Source: Candidatus Krumholzibacteriia bacterium (GTDB lineage: Bacteria > Krumholzibacteriota > Krumholzibacteriia > LZORAL124-64-63). Taken from it: 64,000 nucleotides of DNA. The translations under genes and the position numbers were made by a program. Positions 39,326 through 48,321 of this stretch are shown here, piece after piece. The DNA lies in contig JBFXKG010000005.1 in NCBI GenBank assembly GCA_050174015.1, positions 1-64,000 on the forward strand, written 5' to 3'. Under the pieces are notes generated by a model. That model was not told where the DNA came from and searched no databases. It worked only from the letters and a program-made list of their open reading frames with translations. Every line of letters starts with the position of its first letter. Positions within the stretch are counted from its first letter, which is position 1.

Positions 39326-39856
39326 CTACCGGAAGCTCGACTTCAAATGGCCCCAGGTCCCGGTCTCGGACCCGACGGTGCCGCAGAATGAGCACTCGAA
39401 TCCGTAGGTTTCGGCTTCCGCGCAGGTGAGGCAGAACAGGCCGATGTTCATGAAGGCGGTGGGCGCGGTCGTCGCGGAGGCCACGACGACCTTGTGCGTA
39501 CCGACATCCAGGCACATGTCAAGTTCCGCCATGTCGGAGTTCTCCACGCTGGCCAGGCAGGTGCCGGCCCCGCAGTCGTCCATGAGGATGACGGCCGAGG
39601 GGACGATGGTCATGGACGCGGATGCGCTTATCGCCGCGAAGCGGTACCAGCCGGGAGAAGTGACGGTCACGTCGACCACGTGGAAGGTCCATCCCGTGTA
39701 ATCGACCCCGCAGAGCAGTTCGCCGGGCTGGCCGTCCAGGACGTCGTAGTACCCGTTGTTCGCGCAGGTGAAGGTCAAAAACGGCGTGCAATCGAGCGCG
39801 GAGGCGGAGCCTGCGCACAGGGCGGAGAATACCAGGGCGGTGGCGAGGTGACGCAT
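39326..39856 (-). CDS. Cys-rich secreted hypothetical protein with C-terminal TWGHLKSSFR tail
   Basis: Signal peptide MRHLAT...ASA; SD GGAG. Confidence 0.7.
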   Translation of the reverse strand: MRHLATALVFSALCAGSASALDCTPFLTFTCANNGYYDVLDGQPGELLCGVDYTGWTFHVVDVTVTSPGWYRFAAISASASMTIVPSAVILMDDCGAGTCLASVENSDMAELDMCLDVGTHKVVVASATTAPTAFMNIGLFCLTCAEAETYGFECSFCGTVGSETGTWGHLKSSFR

Positions 39857-40080
39857 GGTGACTCCAATCATTTGGGCAAAGGTATCCAGAGCGGCCACTT
39901 CGCGATTCCGGCCGGTCATTCTCGAAAGGATATCATATCGGAGAAAATTTGTCTTATAAATCGGCGGGTCCAGGCGCCCACGGGAGGATCCCTCGTCCCG
40001 GAATGTTGCATCCACGCCAGGGCGGAGGTAGGATGGAGGGGCTGACAGTCCCCGTGAAACCGGCCTGGAGGAAGATTCCC

Positions 40081-40893
40081 ATGATCCCGATCCGCCGCCT
40101 GGTCCCGGTCGCCGCCCTGCTGGGCCTCTGCCTGTTCCTGAGCGCTTGCGCCACCGTCCCGGTGACGGGCCGCAGGCAGCTCAACTTCATTCCCGACAGC
40201 CAGATCAACTCCATGAGCTTCCAGCAGTACGACGAGGTCATCGCCCAGAGCACCCTCAGCGACCACGCCGAATGGACCGCGGGAATCGAACGGGTCGGGC
40301 GCCGCATCCAGGGCGCGGTGGAGGAGTACTTCCGCCGCCAGGGCCAGAGCGGTGAGCTGGCGGGCTACGAGTGGGAATTCCACCTCATCGAGAGCAAGGA
40401 AGCCAACGCCTGGTGCATGCCCGGCGGGAAGGTCGCCTTCTACACCGGCATCCTGCCCATCTGCAAGGACGAGACCGGAGTGGCGGTGGTCATGGGGCAC
40501 GAGGTGGCCCACGCCATCGCCAAGCACGGCAGCGAGCGGATGAGCCAGGGCCTGGTCCTGCAGATGGGGGGCATGGCCCTGTCGGAGGCCGTCAAGAACA
40601 AGCCCGCCCAGACGCGCAACCTGTTCATGACGGCGTTCGCGGTGGGGGCCCAGTACGGGGCGATCCTGCCCTACAGCCGGTCCCACGAGAGCGAGGCCGA
40701 CCGCATGGGCCTGATCTTCATGGCCCTGGCGGGATACGATCCGCGGGAAGCGCCGGCGTTCTGGGAGCGGATGGCCTCCGAGGGCGGCGGCAATCCCCCC
40801 GAGTTCATGAGCACCCATCCCTCCCACGAGACGCGGATCCGGGAGCTCCATGAGAACATGGCCGAGGCCATGGGATACTACCAGCCGCGGTGA
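40081..40893 (+). CDS. M48 family metalloprotease lipoprotein
   Basis: LSA-C lipobox, ANAWCMPGG, GHEVAH, ESEAD, STHP. Confidence 0.92.
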   Translation: MIPIRRLVPVAALLGLCLFLSACATVPVTGRRQLNFIPDSQINSMSFQQYDEVIAQSTLSDHAEWTAGIERVGRRIQGAVEEYFRRQGQSGELAGYEWEFHLIESKEANAWCMPGGKVAFYTGILPICKDETGVAVVMGHEVAHAIAKHGSERMSQGLVLQMGGMALSEAVKNKPAQTRNLFMTAFAVGAQYGAILPYSRSHESEADRMGLIFMALAGYDPREAPAFWERMASEGGGNPPEFMSTHPSHETRIRELHENMAEAMGYYQPR

Positions 40894-40900
40894 CCCGGTG

Positions 40901-41596
40901 TCACCGCCTGGGGCGGAAGCCGCGATCCAGCAGTCCCAGCAGCCCGATCAACAGCAGGGCGGGTAGGGCCACCAGGAAGATCCTGGTCCATGCCGAGAGC
41001 AAAGGGACCAGGCTCGGGGGAATCATGTCGCCGGGCAATGTCCGGGGAATCATGGAAATGGCTGCAGCTCCGGGTCTGCCGAGCAACCAGCCTGCGGCGA
41101 TGATCATCAGGAGCAGTCCGACGATCCAGACCGCATGGCTGAAAATGCTGCGGGCGGCCCTGTCCCTGGTGGTGACCTTCCAGATGAAGAGGACGCCGAG
41201 GGCGAGCACCACCACCTGGAGAATGCCCCAGGACCACCCCAGCATGGGTCCCCGCACGTGCATCAATTCCATTCTGCCCAGGGACATCATGCCGACCAGC
41301 TCGGCGAAGGCCATGAGTGCCAGAACCGCTAGGCCTCCCACCAGGATCCAGCGCAGCCGCAGCTTGCGGCGAAGGCCGGGGTCTGCAGCCGCGAACTCGC
41401 CGGCCAGGAGGTCGGGGTCGCCCAGGCGGTGGACGGCGATCAGGAAAGCCTCCTGCTCGGCCAACCCCTTGGCAGTCAGCTCGGCGACGATCTCTCTGAG
41501 GTGATCCTCGAGTTCATCGATGTCTCCGACCTGGAGATCGGGTCTGCCGGTCATCCGGCCGCGCCAGTCATCGATGGCGGCGTTCAGGTCGAACAT
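40901..41596 (-). CDS. Permease-prefix-domain-1 membrane protein
   Basis: MFDLNAAIDDW...DELEDHL...EAFLIAVHRLG followed by about 4 TM helices; coupled to PadR. Confidence 0.8.
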   Translation of the reverse strand: MFDLNAAIDDWRGRMTGRPDLQVGDIDELEDHLREIVAELTAKGLAEQEAFLIAVHRLGDPDLLAGEFAAADPGLRRKLRLRWILVGGLAVLALMAFAELVGMMSLGRMELMHVRGPMLGWSWGILQVVVLALGVLFIWKVTTRDRAARSIFSHAVWIVGLLLMIIAAGWLLGRPGAAAISMIPRTLPGDMIPPSLVPLLSAWTRIFLVALPALLLIGLLGLLDRGFRPRR

Positions 41597-41928
41597 GACG
41601 CATCCTCCTTCCAGAGCCGGTGGAGCACGTCTCCGACCAGCTTCCACTGTTCCTTCTGTCGACGGAGTTCCTCCCGGCCGTCCGGGGTGAGGGCGTAGTA
41701 GCGGCGCTTGCGTCCGGTTTCTGCGGTGCTCCACCTCGATACGATGAGGCTCTGGCTTTCCAGGCGGCGCAGGACGGGGTAGAGCATGCCGTCCGACCAG
41801 GCGATCCGATCCCCGGAAAGGTCCCGGACCTCCTTGATGAGGAGGTAGCCGTAGCATTCCCGGCGGTCGAGGATGGACAGGACCAGGGGGATGGTCGAGG
41901 CGGCCGTGAGTTCGCGGTTGAGGGTCAA
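41584..41928 (-). CDS. PadR family transcriptional regulator
   Basis: YGY.LIKEV, GMLYPVLRRLE, RKRRYYALT; TTG start after GGAGG. Confidence 0.9.
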   Translation of the reverse strand: MTLNRELTAASTIPLVLSILDRRECYGYLLIKEVRDLSGDRIAWSDGMLYPVLRRLESQSLIVSRWSTAETGRKRRYYALTPDGREELRRQKEQWKLVGDVLHRLWKEDASCST

Positions 41929-41957
41929 GGGAAACCTCCTCAAGGATACCTTGAGGA

Positions 41958-41986
41958 ATTATACATAGATAAACTATGTATGTCAA
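41958..41986 (-). promoter_or_regulatory. Consensus sigma70 promoter with overlapping palindromic operator
   Basis: TTGACA-17nt-TATAAT on the minus strand; ATACATAG-N5-CTATGTAT at 41961-41981. Confidence 0.88.
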
Positions 41987-42882
41987 GAGGTCGGCAGGAA
42001 AGAACCACCGTCCAGCATCCTGACCAGCCGGCGCAGCGATTTCGCAGTCCGCGTCCCGTACCAGCTCAGCAGCTTCCCGTCCAGGGTCAACGCGGCCCGG
42101 CGATCGGGGATCACTCCGGCCGCGGCCAGGGCCCAGGCGTCGTGCCGGGTGAAGCGGTAGGGCTCGTCGGGTAAAAGGACCAGGTCCGGCTGCAGCCCGG
42201 CGAGTTCCTCGATGGTCGTGACGGGATAGTCGGGCCGATCCGCGAAGACGTTGCGGAACCCCATCTCCTGCAGGACGGCGTCGATGTGGGTGCGGCCGCC
42301 GGCCGCCATCCAGGGTTCCTTCCAGATCATGACCGCGGCGGTGGGGCGGTCCCCGCCCCCCTGCGTCCTGCGCCGGAAGTCGCCGCAGGCCAAGCGCGCG
42401 GCGGTCAGGTCGGCCATGGCGCGGCCGCCCGCGGCCTCGGCCTGGAGGATGATCCCGAATTCCTGAAGCATGACCGCCACGTCGTCCAGGCGGCGCGGCA
42501 TGACCGCGAAGACGGGCACGCCGGAGTCCTCGATGGCCGCCAGGTGCTCGGGCTTGTTCTCCTCGAGGCAGGCCAGGACCAGGTCGGGCCGCACCCGCTG
42601 CAGCTTGCGCAGGTCGGGGTTCTTGGTCCCGCCGCAGGCCGGGATCGACCGGACCTGGCGGCGGGGCTCCACGCAATAGATGGTGCGGCCGACCAGGCGG
42701 GATCCGGCGCCCAGCCCGAACACGGTGTCGGTGAGGCTGGGGACGAGCGAGACCACGCGCTCGTAGCGCCGCAGGGGCAGGCGGCGGCCGCGGGCGTCGG
42801 GCAGGGTCCGGGGCGTCGGGTTCATGGCGGTCGCTTCCGCTGGGGTCGGTCCGGGTCGGTCACCGTCATTCTCCGGGGTCAT
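41983..42882 (-). CDS. Helical-backbone metal receptor (BtuF-like) protein
   Basis: RVVSLVPSLT, GRTIYC, GGTKNP, EEN, LPDEPY.F, DG.LLSWYG; ATGA overlap with DUF2239. Confidence 0.82.
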   Translation of the reverse strand: MTPENDGDRPGPTPAEATAMNPTPRTLPDARGRRLPLRRYERVVSLVPSLTDTVFGLGAGSRLVGRTIYCVEPRRQVRSIPACGGTKNPDLRKLQRVRPDLVLACLEENKPEHLAAIEDSGVPVFAVMPRRLDDVAVMLQEFGIILQAEAAGGRAMADLTAARLACGDFRRRTQGGGDRPTAAVMIWKEPWMAAGGRTHIDAVLQEMGFRNVFADRPDYPVTTIEELAGLQPDLVLLPDEPYRFTRHDAWALAAAGVIPDRRAALTLDGKLLSWYGTRTAKSLRRLVRMLDGGSFLPTS

Positions 42883-43475
42883 GACCCGGGTTCATTATCC
42901 GGGATGAAGGCGTCTTCGGCGAGCCTTTCCGCAAAAGCCCTGACTCCTTCGGGCCAGACCGCCGTGTGGGTCTCGAAACCCTCGCGCCGGCCGGCGAAAA
43001 GGGCGCGGACGGCCTCCTCGTAGCCGGGCGCATCTCCGGCCATGGCGGACATGAACCGGAAGGCGGCGTCCTGCGCGGCCCTGACACGGTCCTTGCCGGC
43101 TCCCTGACGGCGCGCTTGTTCCACGAGCTTGCGCAGGGCCACCGAGGCGCCGCCGGGCTGGGCGTTGAGCCATTCCCAGTGCCGGGGCAGCAGGGTCACC
43201 TCCCGGCCGACCACGCCCAGGCGGGGTCGCCCGCGGGGGCGGGGTGGGGTGGGGATCTCGGGCTCCGCCGAGGCTTCGTACCGACGGCGGACATCCTCGA
43301 TCGTCCCACGCAGGTCCAGCTCGACGGGCCGGGCCGTGCAATCGTCGAAGGCGAGGATGGCTCTTTCCTCGCCGTCGTCCAGGAGCTTGCGGGCGGCGAG
43401 GGCGACGTCCAGGGTGGCTCCCCGGGCCAGGAGCTCGTTTCCGATGAAGGCAGTGCAGGAATGGTCGTGGGTCAT
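42879..43475 (-). CDS. DUF2239 family protein
   Basis: RGRPRLGVVGREVTLLPRHWEWLNAQPGGASVALRKLV signature. Confidence 0.85.
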   Translation of the reverse strand: MTHDHSCTAFIGNELLARGATLDVALAARKLLDDGEERAILAFDDCTARPVELDLRGTIEDVRRRYEASAEPEIPTPPRPRGRPRLGVVGREVTLLPRHWEWLNAQPGGASVALRKLVEQARRQGAGKDRVRAAQDAAFRFMSAMAGDAPGYEEAVRALFAGRREGFETHTAVWPEGVRAFAERLAEDAFIPDNEPGS

Positions 43476-43787
43476 GGTGGTCTTCCTCCTTGCCGATAAT
43501 TATACCAGGATAAAAATAAAAGTAAAGAGGGATTTTTCGTGGGATTCTTTCGGCCCAAGTTTAGCAGGCAAACGGGCCGGTTAACGTCAAGGCATTCATT
43601 TCAAACAGGTTAAAGGCTCGCTCGCTGTAAGACCCCACCTCTTCCCCATTCGCGACCAGGGCGCGAAAGAGATGGGGCCCCCAATCTGGATCGGGCCATG
43701 ACCTACCGGTCCCGAGTCCGGTCGCCGGCCAGGTGATTCGGTTCTAACCATGGCACCTCGGGACCTTCGCACTCGATCCCGCCTCGC

Positions 43788-45032
43788 TCACGCTTCCCGC
43801 GCGGCCACCGCAGGGGAACGGGATTCCTGGGGTATCGTCTCAGGTGACGCCAATCCCTGCGGTCTCGGCTCCTGTGTCAACGCCGCCTGCACCCCCTGCG
43901 CCTTCTCGTGGACGTGCCGGTGGCAAGCGCTGCAGAGGGTGATCAGGTTGTCGGGCCTGTTCGTGCCGCCCCGCGCCCGCGGCAGGACGTGATGGACCTC
44001 CAAAAACCGGGTGTTCCTGCAACCGGGCCCCTGGCAGCGGTGTCCGTCCCGGGCCAGGACCCGCCGCCGCACCCGGGGCGGGATGGTCGCGGTGTTGCGC
44101 CCGGTCCGGGGATCGTCCCTGCGGGAATCGCAGGTCACGCGTCCGGCGTCCCCCGGGCCGAAGGTCACCTCCCCCCGGCTGGTCGCAGCCGAAAAACGGC
44201 CGCAATCGGGGCATTGGCGTACGTGAACCTGGAAAGAGGTCCCCCGGGGGACCCTCCGGGGCGCCGGTCTGGGGGCGCCCGCGGTGAGGTCGGCGGCTCC
44301 GCCGGGCGAGGGGGTGGCCCGGGCCCCGGCCTCGGTGTCGACCTGCCCATCGGCCTGGGCGCCGGCGGCCCCGGGTTCACCGCAGCCCAGGGCGTCCTCC
44401 AGCAAGGAATCCAGCCCCGCGAGGATCCGCTCGACCCGGTCCCCGCCGACCCCCGACTTGACCAGTCTCTCCTGAAGGGCCTCGAACCTGGCGAACTGCT
44501 CGGGGGTCATCTCCAGGGACAACTTGACCGGGACGGCCGCGGCCAGCCGCCGCTCACGGGGGGCCGCCGGAATCAGTTTCCCCTGGCCGGGCGCCGTCTT
44601 CATGCCGGCGGCCTGGGCCCGGACCCTGGCGACGTCCTTTTCCAACTGGCTCCGGGAGGCCGCATGCGCCGCCTCCACCCACGCCTTCTCGGTGGCCGGG
44701 GTGGCGACCTTGATGATCTCCCGGGCCTTGGTGTAGCCGAGCTTGCCGGTCTCCAGGGATTTCCTGATCTGCGGCAGGTCGTCCAGCTTGCGGGCCATGC
44801 GGACGAAATCCCCGGTCCTGGTCCGGGAGAAGCCGAGTTCCTGCTGGGCGTAGATCTGGATGGAAGGGAATCCGAGATCCCGGTACAGACCGCGCGCCAT
44901 GACGTCGGCGAACCAGAGGACGGCGCAGTGGCGGGCCTGGTCCATGATCCGGACGGCCTGCTGGAGGGCGGCGTGGGCGGCGGCGGCGGTCTGGCCGGGC
45001 TGGAAGACGGGAAGGGCGGCGCTCGTGGACAT
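43788..45032 (-). CDS. HNH endonuclease with long helical N-terminal region
   Basis: IPPRVRRRVLARDGHRCQGPGC...LEVHH...GGTNRPDNLITLCSACH; CPDC; SD AGGAGG. Confidence 0.88.
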   Translation of the reverse strand: MSTSAALPVFQPGQTAAAAHAALQQAVRIMDQARHCAVLWFADVMARGLYRDLGFPSIQIYAQQELGFSRTRTGDFVRMARKLDDLPQIRKSLETGKLGYTKAREIIKVATPATEKAWVEAAHAASRSQLEKDVARVRAQAAGMKTAPGQGKLIPAAPRERRLAAAVPVKLSLEMTPEQFARFEALQERLVKSGVGGDRVERILAGLDSLLEDALGCGEPGAAGAQADGQVDTEAGARATPSPGGAADLTAGAPRPAPRRVPRGTSFQVHVRQCPDCGRFSAATSRGEVTFGPGDAGRVTCDSRRDDPRTGRNTATIPPRVRRRVLARDGHRCQGPGCRNTRFLEVHHVLPRARGGTNRPDNLITLCSACHRHVHEKAQGVQAALTQEPRPQGLASPETIPQESRSPAVAAREA

Positions 45033-45073
45033 ACTTCTCCTCCTGGGAATCCGGGAGGAGTGGATCACGGGGA

Positions 45074-45102
45074 ATGATAGCGAAAAAAAAGCGAAAACGC
45101 AA
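45074..45102 (-). promoter_or_regulatory. Sigma70 promoter of the HNH gene with a direct-repeat spacer
   Basis: TTGCGT-TTTCGCTTTTTTTTCGC-TATCAT (17-nt spacer). Confidence 0.65.
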
Positions 45103-45126
45103 GAGGGAAATTGAAAAATGTGGGCG

Positions 45127-45279
45127 GAATGTCCGCAGGAAGCCGGCCATTCCCAGGAGGTCCCGCCTGACACGGCCGATGCTTGCGGCTGGACTTCCAC
45201 GAATGTGCCCTGGTGGGTGCGGACACCCGGGAGCCCGCCGTGGGACTCGGCCGATGCTTGCGGCCGGACTTCCAGGGAT
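45127..45279. repeat. Degenerate ~75-bp tandem duplication with a 32-bp conserved core
   Basis: CGGCCGATGCTTGCGGC(T/C)GGACTTCCA(C/G)G(A/G)AT at 45173 and 45248. Confidence 0.8.
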
Positions 45280-45331
45280 TTTTGGAATTGCTCCCGGAAT
45301 TCGGAAAAAAATTTCCGGCAAAGGGAAAAGA

Positions 45332-45348
45332 TTTCGCTTTTTTTTCGC
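45332..45348 (+). promoter_or_regulatory. Second copy of the 17-bp element, upstream of dinB
   Basis: TTTCGCTTTTTTTTCGC, exact reverse complement of 45080-45096. Confidence 0.6.
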
Positions 45349-45408
45349 CCTCGATAGTGCTAGGATTCCGGGAAGTCACCCCCAACCCCCCAGAAGGAGA
45401 GAACCACG

Positions 45409-45930
45409 ATGAACTGGACCGATCTGATCCACGCCGAGATGAAGGACGCATACAAGGCCGCCGACGGGCTCATGGCCCTGGTGAGCGACGCCGAACTGGA
45501 CTGGAAGCCCGCCACGGGCAGCAACTGGATGACCGTGGGCCAGGTCATGCTTCACATGGCCTCGGCTTGCGGCACCTGCCAGGTCGGTTTCATCGACGGG
45601 CAGTGGGCTCCGCCGGCCGACCTGGGCTACCCCGAGGACATGGAGGGGATGCTGCCGGCCGAGAAGCTGCCCTCCGCCAGGAGCGTCGCCTGGGCGCGGG
45701 ATTACCTGCAGAAAGACCGTCGGGCCGGACTGGATGCCCTGGCCAGGGCGGGAGAGAAGGGCCTGGCCGAGACCAGGGTGGCTGCTCCCTGGAACCCCGG
45801 TCAGGAAGAGCTGCTGGGGCGCCACTGCCTGCAGATGGTCACGCACCTGAACATCCACAAGGCCCAGCTGTTCTACTACCTGAAGCTGATGGGCAAGGAC
45901 GTCAACACGCTGAACCTCTGGGGCGTCTGA
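45409..45930 (+). CDS. DinB/YfiT superfamily protein
   Basis: LDWKP...MTVGQVMLHMA and HLNIHKAQLFYYLKLMG (His triad). Confidence 0.85.
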   Translation: MNWTDLIHAEMKDAYKAADGLMALVSDAELDWKPATGSNWMTVGQVMLHMASACGTCQVGFIDGQWAPPADLGYPEDMEGMLPAEKLPSARSVAWARDYLQKDRRAGLDALARAGEKGLAETRVAAPWNPGQEELLGRHCLQMVTHLNIHKAQLFYYLKLMGKDVNTLNLWGV

Positions 45931-46137
45931 CCCGGGGAGAGGGGCCGGGATGGCGAGACCGCTCGCCCGGGTCTTGCCGTCCCGTCCCGGATGACCGATC
46001 ATTGACGGGATCGCTCCTCTTGCAGCGCCGATGCTAACCGACGTGGATCGTCTGCCGGAACCGTTCCGGCAAGCCGCCGGGACCGACCACCCCGTCCTGC
46101 ACTCGCACCGATCCGCGTGATCAACCGGGAGACGACG

Positions 46138-48243
46138 ATGACCCTCACGGTGGCACGCACCCCCCGACTCGACGCCGGTGATCCCGAGCGGAAGCGCGCC
46201 GAGATCCTCGCCTACTTCCGCAACACCTGGGACGTCTACGAGGGCCTGTTCGACGTGATGGCCCGCGATGAAGCCTATTTCCGCCGCGCCGACCCCCTGC
46301 GCCACCCGCTCATCTTCTACCTGGGTCACACGGCAGTCTTCTTCATCAACAAGCTGGTCCTGGCCAAGATGATCGGCGAGCGCGTGAATCCCCGGTTCGA
46401 ATCCATCTTCGCCATCGGCGTGGACGAGATGAGCTGGGACGACCTGAACGAGGCGAACTACGACTGGCCCACGGTGGCCGAGGTCTGGGAGTACCGCAAG
46501 CAGGTGCGTGCGGTCGTCGAGCGGGTGATCGCCGAGCTGCCCCTGGATCTGCCGGTGACCTGGGACGATCCCATGTGGGTCGTCCTCATGGGTTGCGAGC
46601 ACGAGCGCATCCACCTGGAGACCAGCTCGGTGCTGATCCGCCAGCTGCCGCTGGACCTGGTGCGGCCGCGGCCCGACTGGCCGATCTGCACGCGCAGCGG
46701 GGAGGCGCCGGCCAACGAACTGCTGGACGTGCCGGGCGGTCGCGTGGTCCTGGGCAAGGACCGCCGGCATCCCCTGTACGGCTGGGACAACGAGTTCGGC
46801 CGGCTGGAGGCGGACATTCCCGCGTTCAGGGCCTCGAAGTACCTGGTCAGCAACGCCGAATTCCAGGAGTTCATGGATGCGGGCGGCTACACGACCCGCA
46901 GGTACTGGACCGACGAGGGATGGAGCTGGCGCGAGTACAAGCAGGCGGAGCATCCGCTGTTCTGGGTCCGGACGGGGGGAGGCTGGCGGCTGCGCTGCCT
47001 CGCCGAGGAGATCCCCCTGCCCCGGGACTGGCCCGTGGAGGTGAACCAGCTCGAGGCCAAGGCCTTCTGCAACTGGAAGGCGGCGGTGACCGGCAAGCCG
47101 ATCCGGCTGCCGACCGAGGAGGAGTGGTACCGGCTGCTGGACCACAGCGGCATTCCCGACCAGCCCGACTGGGCCGAGGAGCCCGGGAACATCAACCTCG
47201 CCCGGCACGCGTCCTCGTGCCCGGTGACCGACCACGTGACCGCCGGTTTCGGCGACGTGATGGGCAACGTCTGGCAGTGGACCGAGACCCCGATCACCGG
47301 GTTTCCCGGCTTCGAGGTCCATCCCCTGTACGACGACTTCTCCACGCCGACCTTCGACGGCAAGCACAACCTGATCAAGGGCGGTTCGTGGATCTCCACC
47401 GGCAACGAGGCCACCCGCGACTCCCGCTACGCGTTCCGGCGGCACTTCTTCCAGCATGCGGGCCTGCGCTACGTGGAATCGGACGCGCAGGTGAAGATCC
47501 GCGAGGACGTCTACGAGACGGACGATCTGGTCGCGCAGTACTGCGAGTTCCACTACGGGGCCGAGCACTTCGACGTGCCCAACTTCCCGAAACGTGCGGC
47601 CGACCTGTGCGCCGGGCTTTGCCGGGGACGCAGGATCGAACGCGCCCTGGACCTCGGCTGCGCCACCGGGCGCTCGACCTTCGAGCTGGCGCGCTTCTGC
47701 GATCACGTCACCGGCATCGATTTCTCAGCGCGGTTCATCCGGGTGGGGATCGAGATGCAGGAGAAGGGCTACATCCGCTACGCCATCCCCGACGAGGGCG
47801 AGCTGGTGTCCTACCACGAGAAGACCCTGGAGCAGTTCGGCCTCGCCGGCCTGCAGGACAAGGTGGAGTTCTGGCAGGGCGACGCCCACAACCTGAAGGA
47901 CCAGTTCACGGGCTACGATCTGGTCCTGGCCTGCAACCTCATCGACCGGCTGTACGATCCGGCCCGGTTCCTGGACCTGATCGGCGAACGCATGCGACCG
48001 GGCGGCCTGCTGGTGATCCTGTCGCCCTACACCTGGCTGGAGGAGTTCACCCCCCGGAACAAGTGGCTGGGCGGGATCAAGATCGACGGCGAGAACGTGA
48101 CCACCCTCGAGGGTCTGCGGGCAAGGCTGGCCGGCGCCTTCGAGCCGGTGGGCGAGCCGCAGGACGTCGAGTTCGTGATCCGCGAGACGCGCCGCAAGTT
48201 CCAGCACACCCTCAGCCAGCTGAGCGCCTGGAGGCGGACGTGA
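46138..48243 (+). CDS. ovoA: 5-histidylcysteine sulfoxide synthase with C-terminal methyltransferase (ovothiol biosynthesis)
   Basis: LRHPLIFYLGHTA, GVDEMSWDD, HERIHLETSSVL, FGE-like domain, RRHFFQHAG, ALDLGCATGR. Confidence 0.93.
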   Translation: MTLTVARTPRLDAGDPERKRAEILAYFRNTWDVYEGLFDVMARDEAYFRRADPLRHPLIFYLGHTAVFFINKLVLAKMIGERVNPRFESIFAIGVDEMSWDDLNEANYDWPTVAEVWEYRKQVRAVVERVIAELPLDLPVTWDDPMWVVLMGCEHERIHLETSSVLIRQLPLDLVRPRPDWPICTRSGEAPANELLDVPGGRVVLGKDRRHPLYGWDNEFGRLEADIPAFRASKYLVSNAEFQEFMDAGGYTTRRYWTDEGWSWREYKQAEHPLFWVRTGGGWRLRCLAEEIPLPRDWPVEVNQLEAKAFCNWKAAVTGKPIRLPTEEEWYRLLDHSGIPDQPDWAEEPGNINLARHASSCPVTDHVTAGFGDVMGNVWQWTETPITGFPGFEVHPLYDDFSTPTFDGKHNLIKGGSWISTGNEATRDSRYAFRRHFFQHAGLRYVESDAQVKIREDVYETDDLVAQYCEFHYGAEHFDVPNFPKRAADLCAGLCRGRRIERALDLGCATGRSTFELARFCDHVTGIDFSARFIRVGIEMQEKGYIRYAIPDEGELVSYHEKTLEQFGLAGLQDKVEFWQGDAHNLKDQFTGYDLVLACNLIDRLYDPARFLDLIGERMRPGGLLVILSPYTWLEEFTPRNKWLGGIKIDGENVTTLEGLRARLAGAFEPVGEPQDVEFVIRETRRKFQHTLSQLSAWRRT

Positions 48244-48321
48244 GATTCACCGCAAGGTCGCGCCGGGGTCCGTCTTGAGGGAAGGGAAGGATCGGATCGC
48301 CGGCGATGACCGGCCAAACGG

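Noticed and set aside
43788..45032. IscB/Cas9-like RNA-guided nuclease
   Set aside because: No PLMP or split RuvC motifs; the HNH is C-terminal
45173..45279. Mini-CRISPR next to an HNH nuclease (32-bp repeats, 43-bp gap)
   Set aside because: Only two copies, the would-be spacers resemble each other (tandem duplication), and there are no cas genes in the window
45080..45348. MITE with 17-bp terminal inverted repeats
   Set aside because: No flanking target-site duplication, and the left copy exactly fills a -35/-10 spacer, so an operator is the better explanation; not fully excluded
45990..46110. SAM-type riboswitch upstream of ovoA
   Set aside because: Only a short hairpin (TGCCGGAAC-C-GTTCCGGCA); no SAM-I, SAM-II or SAM-SAH consensus recognisable
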